DNA from: Chrysochromulina tobinii
Taxonomy: Eukaryota
Length of the DNA stretch: 64,000 bases
Direction: 5' to 3'
Assembly (NCBI GenBank): GCA_001275005.1
Contig: JWZX01003205.1
Location: forward strand, 1-64,000
Part shown: positions 41,553 through 52,633 of the stretch, piece by piece
How positions within the stretch are numbered: the stretch's first letter is position 1
How the letters are laid out: every line of letters begins with the position of its first letter
The notes under the pieces: generated by a model
What the model saw: only the letters and a program-made list of their open reading frames with translations
What the model was told of the DNA's origin: nothing
Database searches by the model: none
Program-made: the position numbers and the translations under genes

Positions 41553-43613
41553 TCAGCGGCCATTCTTCTTCACTGCGCTCTTGCCATGGAACTTCATACT
41601 GCGCAGCGGGTCGGCGTTCTTCTTGCTACCGCGCTTCTTGCCGTAGAGCTTCTTATGCTTGCCGCCCTTGGCGCTCTTGCGCGCCATGCGTCGCGCCGAG
41701 GAGCCCACCGCCGCGACGCTTTCGGTGGCACCATCGGTGTCGGCCTTGAGGTACGTGGGCACGTGGGCGAGCTGCGTTTGCTTCTTCAGAGTCGCGAGCG
41801 GCCGATCATGCTTGAGCATCTCGAAGTCGTCCGGGTTGGCCTCGAAGTGAGCGGCGAGCTTCTTCGAGTGGAGCAGCTCGCGCTTGATCTCCTCGAGCCG
41901 CGCCTCCTTGACAGCCGTGCGCGTCACCGCGCGCAGAGCGTCATCCACGCGGTATCGGAAGGCGGCGAGCTTGGACATATCGACCTGAAACTGCTGCAAT
42001 CCCTTGTCGTACGTCTTCTGCATCGCCTCGAGCAGCTCCTCGTCGGCTGACTCGGGCGAGACGAGCGAGATGGCGGTGCCGCCCTTGCCCGCGCGCGCGG
42101 TGCGCCCCACGCGGTGGCGGTAGACAGCTAGAGACGTGGGCAGATCCATATTTAGGACGGCCGTTACATCGGTGAAGTCGACGCCGCGCGCCACGCCGAA
42201 TTCAGCGTCGGCGGCGCTCGCGCCCGCACCCGTGGAGGCTGCACCGCCGCGCTTGCGCTTCTTGCCACCTGCCGTGCCCGTCGCCGCCGTCCCCCTCTCG
42301 GACGTGCTCCCGGCGCCCTCCTCCTCCTCGCCGCCGCCGCCGCCGTCGCCGCCGCCGCCCGCTGCTCCAAGGATGAGTTTGGGATCATCGGTGGCGATGA
42401 GGATGTCGAAGAGGCCACGGTTGAAGGCCTGGATGGCGTGCCAGCGCGAGGCCAGGGGCAGCTCGCAGTTCAGCACGCCCGCGCTCACCCCAAACTGCTC
42501 GAGAAAGAGCCGAAGACGGAAGCCGCGGTCGACAGTGTTCACAAAGATCAGGGAGCGGCCGGGGATGCGATTGAGCTTGAACAGAGCGTACATGACGAGG
42601 AACTTGTCAGCATGCGAGCAGCGCAGCCAAAACTGCTTGAGCTGGCCGCCCGCCTGCGCGCCGTCCTCCGCCACGTCGATCGTCTCCGGGTTATGCAAGA
42701 AGAGAGTACGGATGGAGTCAAGGTCAGGGGTGATCGTCGCGGAAAGGAGAAGGGTCTGTACGGCGGGTGGTAGCGCAGCGCCGATGGCGGCGATGTCGTC
42801 ACCGTAGCCGTACGAGAGGAGGAGGTCAGCCTCATCCACCACGAGCAGCTGCACACTCTCGCGCAGCTTAAGCAGCGCGCTGCCACGCTTGCCATCGCTG
42901 GAGCTTTTGGCACCGGCGCCGCCGGGCTCATCGATGAGCTGGCGCAGGCGCGCAGGCGTCGCGACGATGGCGTCGGGCGGCACATCCGTGCTCAGCGAGG
43001 ACGCGTCGTTTGCGGCCGCGAGTGCCACCACGCGCACGCCCGCCGCGCCCGCGTGCCCGAGCAACTTACGCATCACGTCATGCACCTGCTGGCACAGCTC
43101 GCGCGTCGGCACGAGGATGACTGCGCCGACGCCGGGCGCGGAGGACGCGATGCCCGCGTCGTGCCGGCGGAGGAGGAGCTGCAGCAGCGGAATGGCATAA
43201 GCGTACGTTTTGCCTGAGCCGGTCGGTGCGCGCGCGAGCACGTCCCTGCCCTGCAGCACGAGCGGAATGCATCGCGACTGGATGGGCGTAGGCGTGCCAA
43301 GTCCGAGCTTTTTGACCGCCTTGAGTAAGCGCAGGTCCAGTGCGAGGGACGACCACTCGGGCGCTGCGACGGCACTGCTCCCGACACCACTGCCAGTCGA
43401 CGTGTCCGCGGCAGCGCACTCGCCTTCGCCGGCCCGGTCCTCCTCTGCCTCCTCACCGTCCTCATCTTCCTCCTCCTCCTCCTCCTCCTCCTCGTCCTCC
43501 TCACCGTTTTCGTCTTCGTCTTCCAATTCTTCCCCCTCGTCGTCCTCCTCCTCGCCGTCCTCATCGGACTCTTCGGGCTCGGGCTCAGGAAGGGCACGGG
43601 CCTTGGATGGCAT
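41553..43613 (-). CDS. DDX56: DEAD-box RNA helicase DDX56/Dbp9
   Basis: PTPIQ, APTGSGKT, PTRELCQQ, DEADLLLSYGY, SAT, EFGVARGVDF, HRVGRTARAG, and family-specific FRYR..DA.RAVT..AVKEAR..EIK.ELL.S.KL..HFE.NP.D. Confidence 0.93.
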   Translation of the reverse strand: MPSKARALPEPEPEESDEDGEEEDDEGEELEDEDENGEEDEEEEEEEEEDEDGEEAEEDRAGEGECAAADTSTGSGVGSSAVAAPEWSSLALDLRLLKAVKKLGLGTPTPIQSRCIPLVLQGRDVLARAPTGSGKTYAYAIPLLQLLLRRHDAGIASSAPGVGAVILVPTRELCQQVHDVMRKLLGHAGAAGVRVVALAAANDASSLSTDVPPDAIVATPARLRQLIDEPGGAGAKSSSDGKRGSALLKLRESVQLLVVDEADLLLSYGYGDDIAAIGAALPPAVQTLLLSATITPDLDSIRTLFLHNPETIDVAEDGAQAGGQLKQFWLRCSHADKFLVMYALFKLNRIPGRSLIFVNTVDRGFRLRLFLEQFGVSAGVLNCELPLASRWHAIQAFNRGLFDILIATDDPKLILGAAGGGGDGGGGGEEEEGAGSTSERGTAATGTAGGKKRKRGGAASTGAGASAADAEFGVARGVDFTDVTAVLNMDLPTSLAVYRHRVGRTARAGKGGTAISLVSPESADEELLEAMQKTYDKGLQQFQVDMSKLAAFRYRVDDALRAVTRTAVKEARLEEIKRELLHSKKLAAHFEANPDDFEMLKHDRPLATLKKQTQLAHVPTYLKADTDGATESVAAVGSSARRMARKSAKGGKHKKLYGKKRGSKKNADPLRSMKFHGKSAVKKNGR

Positions 43614-44052
43614 CGCACGCGTCGCGTGAACGCCGCTTCCCGGCGACGTCGCTTCGACAGGCGGGCGGCGCGCGTTGCCAGTTTCACAACTTAACTTCGC
43701 AAGACCAGTCGAAACAAGTCAAGTCAAGTCAAGGCACACCTCTCCTTTTTGAGAGCCGTGCACTGGTGTCGACCCGCTTTAACCACTCCACGACCCTGGG
43801 ACCCGCGCACTTGATTTATTGCTTTTCAGTTTTTGAGAACGAACTCGAGCACAGACTCGTGGCATGTCGTGGTTTTTTCTCAATTAATGATTTTATCATA
43901 AAATCCTCACCTTGGGCACACTTTGTTATAAAATCAAAGTCGCGGCATTCGATTGCACTCGCACCGCATGCAATTAAATTGACCGGCCAGAGGGCACGAA
44001 GGCCCAAAACACTCAGCGAAGACGGACCGTCCATCGGAGCCCATCCGAGCAG

Positions 44053-46001
44053 ATGAGCACCCTTTCGACCGAGTCGCAATATCGAGACGCCGACTTCGTG
44101 CAGCGTTATCTCGAGAAGCGGGCGACGCAGCCTCGCACTTGCGCCATGTTCGCCGTATCCGAAAGCGCCGGCAAGGCGCACGCTACCGGCATGAGCGAAG
44201 CCCACAACATGTGGCACACTGTGGACCAGGAGGTTTCACGCTCGCGGCACAAGGCGCGCAAGGCGGCCAAGGAGGCGCGCTGGCAGGCAAGCCTGCAAGC
44301 GGGCCTCCCACCAGGAAAGCAAACACAGGAGCAGTCTATGTCATATCTCGAGCTCAAGAAGGAAGAGGACGAGCGCCTTGCAATCGCACGTCGGCTCGCC
44401 GTGCGTATCGAGCAGCATCGTGAGAGGGAGCGGCAGCTGGAGGATCGCAACGTTAGGCAAGTGCGCATGAATAAGCCCGGGGCCAGTGCAACCACCGACG
44501 GAATGAGCAAGAATGTTCAGCTGCAGGAACAGGACCAGGGCTTAGACCTGGGCTCATGCTCGGCGCCCGCTTCGAGCGTTGCTGCAGATCGCTCTGCTGA
44601 AGCCCAGGCGATCAACGGGCGATCCGGCGCGGTTCCAAACGTGCTCGATTCGGCCCGTGGGGTGATCGATTCGGTCCGCGATGCCTTCGCGGGTGCGATC
44701 AAGTCGTTCAACAGGTTTCGTGAGAAGGAGGCGCCACTACCATACGCGCCACGGAAGCTCACCCACTCCCAAACGCACCGCGGCATGTCCTTTGGCCCTT
44801 CCTCCCTCGAGAACGCCGGAGGCGATTGCCGCGCGCGAGGAGCATGATCGTCTCAACTTTGGTGGCGCGGCTCACGCACAGATCAGCGGCGGAGGCTCCG
44901 GAGGGTGCTGCGATCCTTGGCTATCATGACGCTTATCACGACAGCATGGAGGATCGGTCGGCCATCGATTCTGGTAGCACCGCGCGGCGCGTACTCGCCG
45001 CGCGAGGCGGCGCGCGCGCTCGTCATCGCCCTGCATCTGCGCCTCAGAAGGCTCTCGTCGATCACAGCGCGTCACCAGCGCCGGGGGCACTGGCAACGTT
45101 GACGGCGGTGACGTTGACGGCGGTGACGACGAAGGCAGCCGCAGCAACATCAACGCCCGCCGGAGCAATGTCAAACACGCCTGCCTCGGCTGCGGCGTCC
45201 GCGCCCGGAGACGCCCCCACGCTGCCATACACGCGCTCTCGCAAGCTTAGCAAGGAAAGCGTCGCCAGTGTGGCCACGAGCACCACAAGCCGACATGCTC
45301 TCGACTTCGTTCAGTCAGCGGTTGCACCATTAGCAGGCGCAGAAGATGATGAGGTCCCCACGCACTCTCGCCGGAACAGCCGGGACAGCATCGCCTCGAC
45401 CTGGTCCCCCCCGAGTCAGGTTCAGGCACATCCGCGCAATCACGACCAGATGAGCTCTGTGCCGCTGCCGCCCACGAGTGTGGAAGTGAGAGCGCGCGCT
45501 GTCTTGATCGCTGCCGGCCTCATGCCCTTAATGCCCAGCAGCTTCGAAGGGATGGCACCTGCCATCCCCCAGCCTTCCCCAGCGTGCGCGCCAGCGGGTC
45601 CCTACTCGCACCTGAGGTGCACCGCGAATGACAAGATGCTGCCCGCATCATCCCCCGGGCTCATCCTTCCGACTGGACACTCGCGGTTCGAAGCCGAGCG
45701 CATCGAGCGCAGCTGGAACACGCAAACGTCCTCCAAGGCACAGGATATGCGGCAGGACCATGCTGACCTTAACCCAGCGTGGGTCTCGCGTCCGAAGTGG
45801 AAGAAGCCGATTGGGCGCACGTACCGCGCTCCCGACCGAGCCCCTGAGCACCTGATGCCCGAGAACCTGCTCACCGACCGGAACATGAAGACGGGGCTGC
45901 CAGCACGCGATCCTCGCATGCGCGTCGTCGTTGAGGGGAGTTACATCCGGCTCGAGCGCCCCGAATGGACTCCCTCGCAGCTTCCAGAGCCCTGGTGCTG
46001 A
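44053..46001 (+). CDS. Hypothetical low-complexity protein(s); two overlapping ORFs (44053-44847, 44826-46001), possibly one gene
   Basis: Consecutive same-strand ORFs with a coiled coil in the first. No domain recognised. Confidence 0.4.
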
Positions 46002-46889
46002 GACGGCGGCGTGCTGAGAAGGCGCTGAGCACACGCGCGAACCGCGCACAAAAGAGCGCATGTGTGGGTACATTAAGCCTGTGGCGGGCACCAATCGGTC
46101 CTCGAGGCCCCGCTCTTCTGCAGCCTTTCTGCTCGTGTTGCTTGCATGTGGTGAGTTGAGGGAAGAGGGAAGTCGTAGATGGGCGTACCCGGTGTATGGG
46201 CTGACTGTTCGACGTGCATGTTCGTGGGGGGTGGAGGCTGCGTCACCGTCGCGCGTCAGGACCACACCTCACAGAAGTGGACGGGAAATAGCGCCGAACG
46301 ATCTGCCTGTGTGCCTCTATGCTGGTGCTCGTGCGAGGTGCAGCGCGCGCTGTGTGACCGGCTCGGCTGTTGTCTCCGGCTGTGTGACGCTGACGGTCAC
46401 GTTGACCCTGTGTGTGTGTGTGTCTGAGCCACCGCACACCCCACAGCCACAGGGGTCAAGCGTCCAGTTCAGGGTCCAGTTAGCGTTCAGGGTCGTACTA
46501 CAGTACTACGATCTGCGTATACATGATACTCAGAGCCGATGTCGGATGTGCCGTATAATTCTTATACGGAAGGGCGCCGTCGTGGGCATGTCGCGATATC
46601 TTCACGTTTACAGGATGGCCCCCGCACGCGCACGAAAGACGTCGAACACACGGACACCCTATTCACACAAGTCAGACATGGATGGAATCGCACCCACATC
46701 GCTCATCGGGGCATCGGCCCACCGATCCACATCTTGGTTGAACAGCGACGCAAACATGCACAAACAGCTTAAGGCTCACACGCAAGATAGCCACACAGGT
46801 TCCGCGTGGAGGCGCCCATCATGGCGCCCACCTGAGCGGACCCTGAGTGCGCTCGCCGCGTGTATAAGATGAGGAGATCACGCGGGAGA

Positions 46890-47806
46890 TCACGGAGGCC
46901 GCCGCAGGTGTTGGATGGCTGAGCCGTGCACGCCGCCGTACAAGGGGACTAAGATCGCCTCAGCCTCGGCCAGGTCGATGTTGAGCATGGCATCGAGCAC
47001 TTCAGGCGGTGCGCCCGCAGCACAGCCAAGGGCGTGCGCGATCGCGTTCACATACACTCGCTCGCCAAAGATCGCGACGTATTGGCCTCCTCGCGGAGTG
47101 AGGAGCAGCCGTGGGGCCGCCATACCACGTGGCGAGACGGGCGGGAAGGGGCCCTGAGGGTACGCCACTGCGCCGTTGCCTTCTACTAAACCGGCGGCGG
47201 CGCGAGGGGAGAGAGGCGGCGGCATGACGCGTGGAGGGCCGCGCACGCGGCTGTTGAAGCTGGCCATCTGAGTGACCGACATGAGGCTGCGTGCACCGTG
47301 CGTGGCCATCCGCGCGACAGACCGCGCCGCCGACTGCGGCCGTACGCGCGCTGAGAGCGGTCGCGTTTCGGCGCGTGTCTCCGAGCCTCCCTTGGCCTTC
47401 TGCTCGGAGCGAACCGCCTCCATCAGAGCGCCGCACGCCCTCTCTGCATACCTCCCAAAGGCGTCTTCGCCACCTTCCATGTTAAGGTACTCACGCAGAG
47501 GACCTCGCCCATCTTTCTTAAAGACGAGTCCATCGCAGACGGGCTCGACGCCGGCAGCACGGAGCTTCTCGACGGGAATAATCTCCGGGTGATCGGCCGC
47601 GCCGCAGACCAGGTTCGGATCCGTCAAGTCTTCGAGCACGGCCATGTGGATGATCGTCTGGCGTGCGGCGAGCGACGGCGAGCTGAGGAAGCAATTCTTG
47701 CGCACGGGCAGCTTGTCAAAGAAGGCATTCTTGGCGCCCGCACATTGAGCTTCGCCCGTCGCGCTGAGAGCAGGGCCCACATTCATCGCAGCGGCAAGGG
47801 AGGGAT

Positions 47807-47848
<42 letters not shown>

Positions 47849-48809
47849 TTTCAGCACGGAGCCGCTCTTCGGCGGCAGCGGCGGCGGCGGGATTGTCAGT
47901 GAGCTTGACCCTCTTGCAGTCCTTATCATTGGCTTGGCTCACGAGCATCAGGTGCGTCGCGCCCAAACCGCGCATCGTCATCACAAACTCATTAGCATGC
48001 CCCCGCTTGAAGAGTCTGTACCACAGGCTGCGCTGGTTTTTGGTGAGCAGCCGGTGCCATTTAGCAGTCTCCGCCTCAAACTCGGCGTCGCTCAGATCGG
48101 CCCCAAAGTTGAGCATGCCCTGAACCCACTCATTTAGGTCTACCTTGCCATCGGAATTGCCCTGCTGGTCCAGCAATGCAAAGATGCCCGGCAGCACCAC
48201 ATTGTCCTCGGTGCCCTCGGCCAGATGTCGGAACTCGCCAAGATCGACGGCGCCGGAACAGTCTGCATCCATCTTTCGAAATGTACCGGTCAGCTGAGCG
48301 GTGCGACGCTGGCGCGTCAGGATGTCCCTCCACTCAGCCGCAATCACTCTCAGCTGCTCGTCTCGCGTCTCACGCTCCACCTTGAACACGCCGAGCACCC
48401 ACATGTCCATCTTGATCGTGCCGTCTTCCCGTTCGGCCGCGGTCTCCTTCGCCCACTGCAAATATTCTTCCAGTTGCTTGCCGTTGTGAGCGGTGAGCAG
48501 GTCGACGATGAGCTTCGCATCTACCAGTTTTTGATCCCCCGATTGCGCCATCGACGTCGGCGCCGCGGGCATCTTGTCCCACGCGCTGAGCACGTACGCC
48601 TTGCGCTTCATGTTCCCGGTCAGTCCCTCGCCGATGTCGTCTTTGTCTTGGTTGCCAGTGGATTGGACGGAGTTCTCAGGCGCGGTGATTACGTCTCCCG
48701 GCAGCCTAACCTTCTTGTAGAGCATGCTCGGGGTCGGCTGCTTCTTGAGCGTCGGCCTCCGCGTCGGCGGGGACTCGATAAGGGACTCGAGCGGGGGTTC
48801 TGCGAGCAT
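46890..48809 (-). CDS. EF-hand protein with degenerate histidine-phosphatase (PGM)-like C-terminal domain
   Basis: EF loops DADCSGAVDLGE and DQQGNSDGKVDLNE. HLMLVSQA..LSATGEAQC..LSSPSLAARQT resembles the PGM fold without the RHG motif. Confidence 0.75.
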
Positions 48810-48957
48810 GTCGCGTGTGAGAGAAAAGTGTCGGTCAACAGAAAAAGAAGACGAAACGGATTGCAAACGTGCATGCACACGCGCGCGCCAAGTGCGCGAA
48901 GCATGAATTGAGTTTCCTCGGTATACAATTTTGCACAAATTTTCATCAACCGGAAGT

Positions 48958-50916
48958 TCACCAACGACCGCGACCGCCACCCTTCCCTCGGCCACGCTCG
49001 CTACCACCGCCCCTGCCGCCTCCCCGTGCATACTCGCGCGGCGGGCGGATGAGGCACGAGTGCAGGTGGCGATCGAGGTAGTGATGGACAAGCACGATCG
49101 CGTGTGACGCAAAGAGCACATCGCTCCCGAGCGAGACGCTGCGGACGGCCGAGCCACGCGCCGTCGCCTCGGCCCTTACACGCCTCTCCTCCTCCTCATC
49201 GAGCCCTCGATCGTCCCCGAGAAGGACGACGACTCCACTCGGCGCCGCTCGGAAGGCCGCGGAGGATGCGAGCTCAGCACACAAGTCGCCAATGAAGACG
49301 CCGCTCGCGCTCAGCAGCAGCAGCATCGGGGGCTCTCCCGGCTGATCCAAGGCCTTGCGCACGCATACCATCAAATCTCCCTCAGCCGAGCTCAGCCCAC
49401 GTGTTTCGTCACGCGACCAGACGCCCACCGGCCCATCCTCGCCGGGCGGCGCGCCCGGCGCCACGCTCAACGCGTGCCGCGCCTTGTCTGCAAGGACCTC
49501 CGCGGCCGCCGCGCCGCTGGCGTCCGAAACGGCGCGAAGACGCCGTGAGAGGGAGTGCTCATCGGGACGAAGGTCGCGCACTACGGAGCCACATACCTCG
49601 AGGATCCGTGCGCCGCGGCCTTCAACGATGGCGCCAGCGCCGCCCTTGGCGCCAGCGCCGCCCTTGGCGAAAGCACCGCCCTTGGTGCTGGCGGCCCCCA
49701 TCTCCCCCATCTCCCCCATCAAGCAGAGCAGCACGCGCGAGTTCTGGCGCAGCGATTGCGATCGGAAGAGAGCGGCACTCACACATCGCACCCCCACATC
49801 TACCCGGCCTTGGCGCAGCGCCTCGCAGTCGAACGAAGGGCTCGCGCGTCGGAGTGGCACGATGAAGGTGCGCGTGAAGCAGCGCACGGGATGCGTGCCA
49901 CTGCAGCACAGGAAGCGCTCCGTCGCGCCTAGGCCGAAGGTGCACGCGCGCGGCGTGTGGCCGCTCCGCCCGCAGAAGCCACAGACCAAGCCGGAGGCGG
50001 TGGCCACAGCGGAGGCGAGCACAGGGAGTACGCCCGGTTGGCCGTTGGACGCAACAAACGAAGCGTTGGCGCTCGCGGAGGAGCCGGCCCGGGCGCCACC
50101 TTGGATGGTACCATTCGGATGCTTCGGTGGCGCCTCCTTGCTCTCCTCCTCCTCCTCCTCCTCCTCGTCCTCCTCGTCGTCGTCGTCCTCTTCCCCGGCC
50201 TCGCGTTTGCGCTTGGGCGGCCGCACCTCGCTCACACGCTCGTCGTCGGAGGGAAGGTGCAGCGTGCCCTTGGTGCCGTCCTCCTTGTAGCGCACGCGCA
50301 CCTCACCGCTCGGCAGCACGGATTTCACCTTCGCCGCACGCCCGTCCACGCGCAGCCGCACCCCAGCCTCGAGCTGCGCATGCAGAGCACGCGGCGGCGG
50401 CGGCAGTGGTTTAGCCGCCGCGGCTTGTGGTGGGCTGGGCCGCGGCATCTCGGCCGCGGGCGCGTTCGGCTGGCCGAGTTCGTCGTGCACTTCCAGGAGG
50501 CTCGCGCGCAGTTCGCTTTCGCGGCTGACCTTGGCACGTTGCCGGTCGTCCAGCTTTTCGCCACGGCCTGCCTTCGCGTTCAGCTCCTCAATTTCGCGCA
50601 GCTTCTTCTCGATCGCGCGGCGCTTGGACTGAGTCGACCCCGAAGCAGCAATGGCGGTAGTCGCGGCCTCAGGCTGGTGCATGGAAGCGGTGGCCACGCT
50701 CGCAATCTGCGTGGAAGACTTCGGCCGTTGGGCAGCTGAAGGCTCTTGCCGTCGGGCAGCTTCCAGGGTCGCTCGGACCTCGGCCTCACGCCCCAGCTTC
50801 TCTCGCTGCGCGGCGTCCAGCTCGAAGCCTTGCTGCACGCGCTGGTGGAGCTCTTCGATGTGACGAAGCTTCTTCACCAAAGATTTTATCCAAGATGCGT
50901 GGCTCGAGTCGGCCAT
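48958..50916 (-). CDS. TrmY-like SPOUT methyltransferase with two N-terminal helical-hairpin repeats, CCHC knuckle and RGG tail
   Basis: GRVDVGVRCVSAALFRSQSLR, VRDLRPDE, VLLGDDRGL.EEE, VSLGSDVLFASHAIVLVHHYLD. CGFCGRSGHTPRAC. KKLR(H/E)IEEL..G..LD..QR.K twice. Confidence 0.8.
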   Translation of the reverse strand: MADSSHASWIKSLVKKLRHIEELHQRVQQGFELDAAQREKLGREAEVRATLEAARRQEPSAAQRPKSSTQIASVATASMHQPEAATTAIAASGSTQSKRRAIEKKLREIEELNAKAGRGEKLDDRQRAKVSRESELRASLLEVHDELGQPNAPAAEMPRPSPPQAAAAKPLPPPPRALHAQLEAGVRLRVDGRAAKVKSVLPSGEVRVRYKEDGTKGTLHLPSDDERVSEVRPPKRKREAGEEDDDDEEDEEEEEEEESKEAPPKHPNGTIQGGARAGSSASANASFVASNGQPGVLPVLASAVATASGLVCGFCGRSGHTPRACTFGLGATERFLCCSGTHPVRCFTRTFIVPLRRASPSFDCEALRQGRVDVGVRCVSAALFRSQSLRQNSRVLLCLMGEMGEMGAASTKGGAFAKGGAGAKGGAGAIVEGRGARILEVCGSVVRDLRPDEHSLSRRLRAVSDASGAAAAEVLADKARHALSVAPGAPPGEDGPVGVWSRDETRGLSSAEGDLMVCVRKALDQPGEPPMLLLLSASGVFIGDLCAELASSAAFRAAPSGVVVLLGDDRGLDEEEERRVRAEATARGSAVRSVSLGSDVLFASHAIVLVHHYLDRHLHSCLIRPPREYARGGGRGGGSERGRGKGGGRGRW

Positions 50917-51122
50917 TGCGCGCGGGGGGCGACGTGGGAGGCAGACGTGGGAGAAAAAAGCCTCAGTGAGTGCGCCTTTTTGGGTAAGTTTCGCTGCAAA
51001 CGAAGCACCAAATTCGTGATCATGTCCGAGCACTCCCCAAGCCAGCAAGCAAGCACGATTCGATACCGCTTAAAATACCGCTTAATTTCCAATGTTAATT
51101 TCGACAAAGTGAAGCGCAACCC

Positions 51123-52462
51123 CTACGCAACCCCCCCTTTCCCGAACTGTGGCGTAGGATTCCAACGGTAGTACCATTGTACCGAAATCATCGTGACCCC
51201 GCAAGACTGCTCCTTGTACCACCCCGCCCTTGGGGGCTTGAGCAGCATCTCCTCCCACAGCAACGTGTTGGCCTCCTCGCCGCAGTCGCCGCTGCCCTCC
51301 TTGGTCATCAGTGTCACGTTGTGGTGCGTGTTCATCGTGTACCAAGAGTGCTGCCGGTAGAATTGGCATGCATAGTGCCAGCTGTGCTTCTGGTCGCCAA
51401 AGGGCGTAACGGTCGGATAGGGCACCGTGCGATGACTCGTACGCGCGGCCCAGTCAAGGAGAGACCAATTGGGCGGGAACCGCACCCGTCGCAAAGAGTG
51501 CCCCGGAGCAGCGCGTTCAGCCTGCGCAGGTGCTCCTGACGGGGTTGGGCTCCGACGTTCTCCGTCGGTGCAGACACCACAGTGTACGTGAGAGACGCGT
51601 TACTCTGATCGAGCAACGGCCGCCACACGTTGAGTACAGCCTCCCTCGTGGCATTCAAGTGGTGCTTGGCGCCGCACGCGCCGGTGAGGTGCCAGTACGC
51701 TGGAGCAAAGTAGACGACGTGCCGCCACGGCGTGCTCATCAGCAAGGTCGGGTGCACCTCCTTGGCCGCGTCAGGGAGCATGTACGTGCACGGTGCCCAG
51801 AAGAAGCCGATCGCCGTGCTCTGCACCCTTGGCAGCGGCGGCGACCACCTCTGCTGACGCAAAGAGGCTGCCACGGCGGCACTGGCCGAGACGCTGTGCC
51901 ACTCGGAGAGCACCCGCTCGGCCGCCCAGTCGAAGACGGAGCGTGTCGGCCTCTTCGTGCTCGAGTTAGTGGCCTTCTTGGGAGACTCGGACGACAGGCG
52001 TTGCGGAGCAAGCCAATCAAGAGACAGGTGTTGTAAGCCGTAGCCGTCCGCGACGCGCGCATACGAGGGCGATCCCGGCGGCATCGGCGCCATGTAGAGC
52101 TCATACCTGGCGGCCATGCAGCCTCGCATGGCCATGCGTCGGCCGTGCAAGTTGAAGTCGACCACGGGAAGGTCCGGTCCGCGCAGCCTAGTGACAAGCG
52201 TGATGAAAGCTTGCCGCGACATACTGTCACCCACAATCGCGAGCGGAGCAGCGAGCAGCGCGTCGATCAGACTTGCCTGCCGGCCATGTCGCCTCCGGCT
52301 GATGAGGCTGGAGTGAGCAAGGCAAAGAGGGCACTGGCTAATGGAGTTGCGATCGCCTGCGCATCGCGTACTGCTTGCACCGCAAGACTGTGGACGGTAC
52401 AGGACGCGACGGACTTCTGGAAATATGCACTTGCATTCGCTGGCGGTCACGACGTCGGCCAT
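51123..52462 (-). CDS. Putative SGNH/PC-esterase (TBL-like) protein, apparent frameshift near 51500
   Basis: LAIVGDSMSRQ (GDS motif) in ORF 51332-52462. WSLLDWA..D..SWHYAC in overlapping ORF 51123-51494. Confidence 0.5.
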
Positions 52463-52633
52463 TATTGGTTCCTAGGTCTAACTATCCTAAAATGGAAGAT
52501 TTGTCTTTCACAGGACGTTCAGAAGACAGGAATCCACGAATTGGTTTACAAAACAAGATTCTCCACCTTGCCACAGCCGTTGAGCTGGTAATCAAACCAC
52601 GCATGCGCATGGTGTCGCCTCGATGAAGATCAG

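Noticed and set aside
46060..46872. 270-aa plus-strand ORF
   Set aside because: It spans TG/CA-rich sequence between convergent genes, and no domain signal is present.
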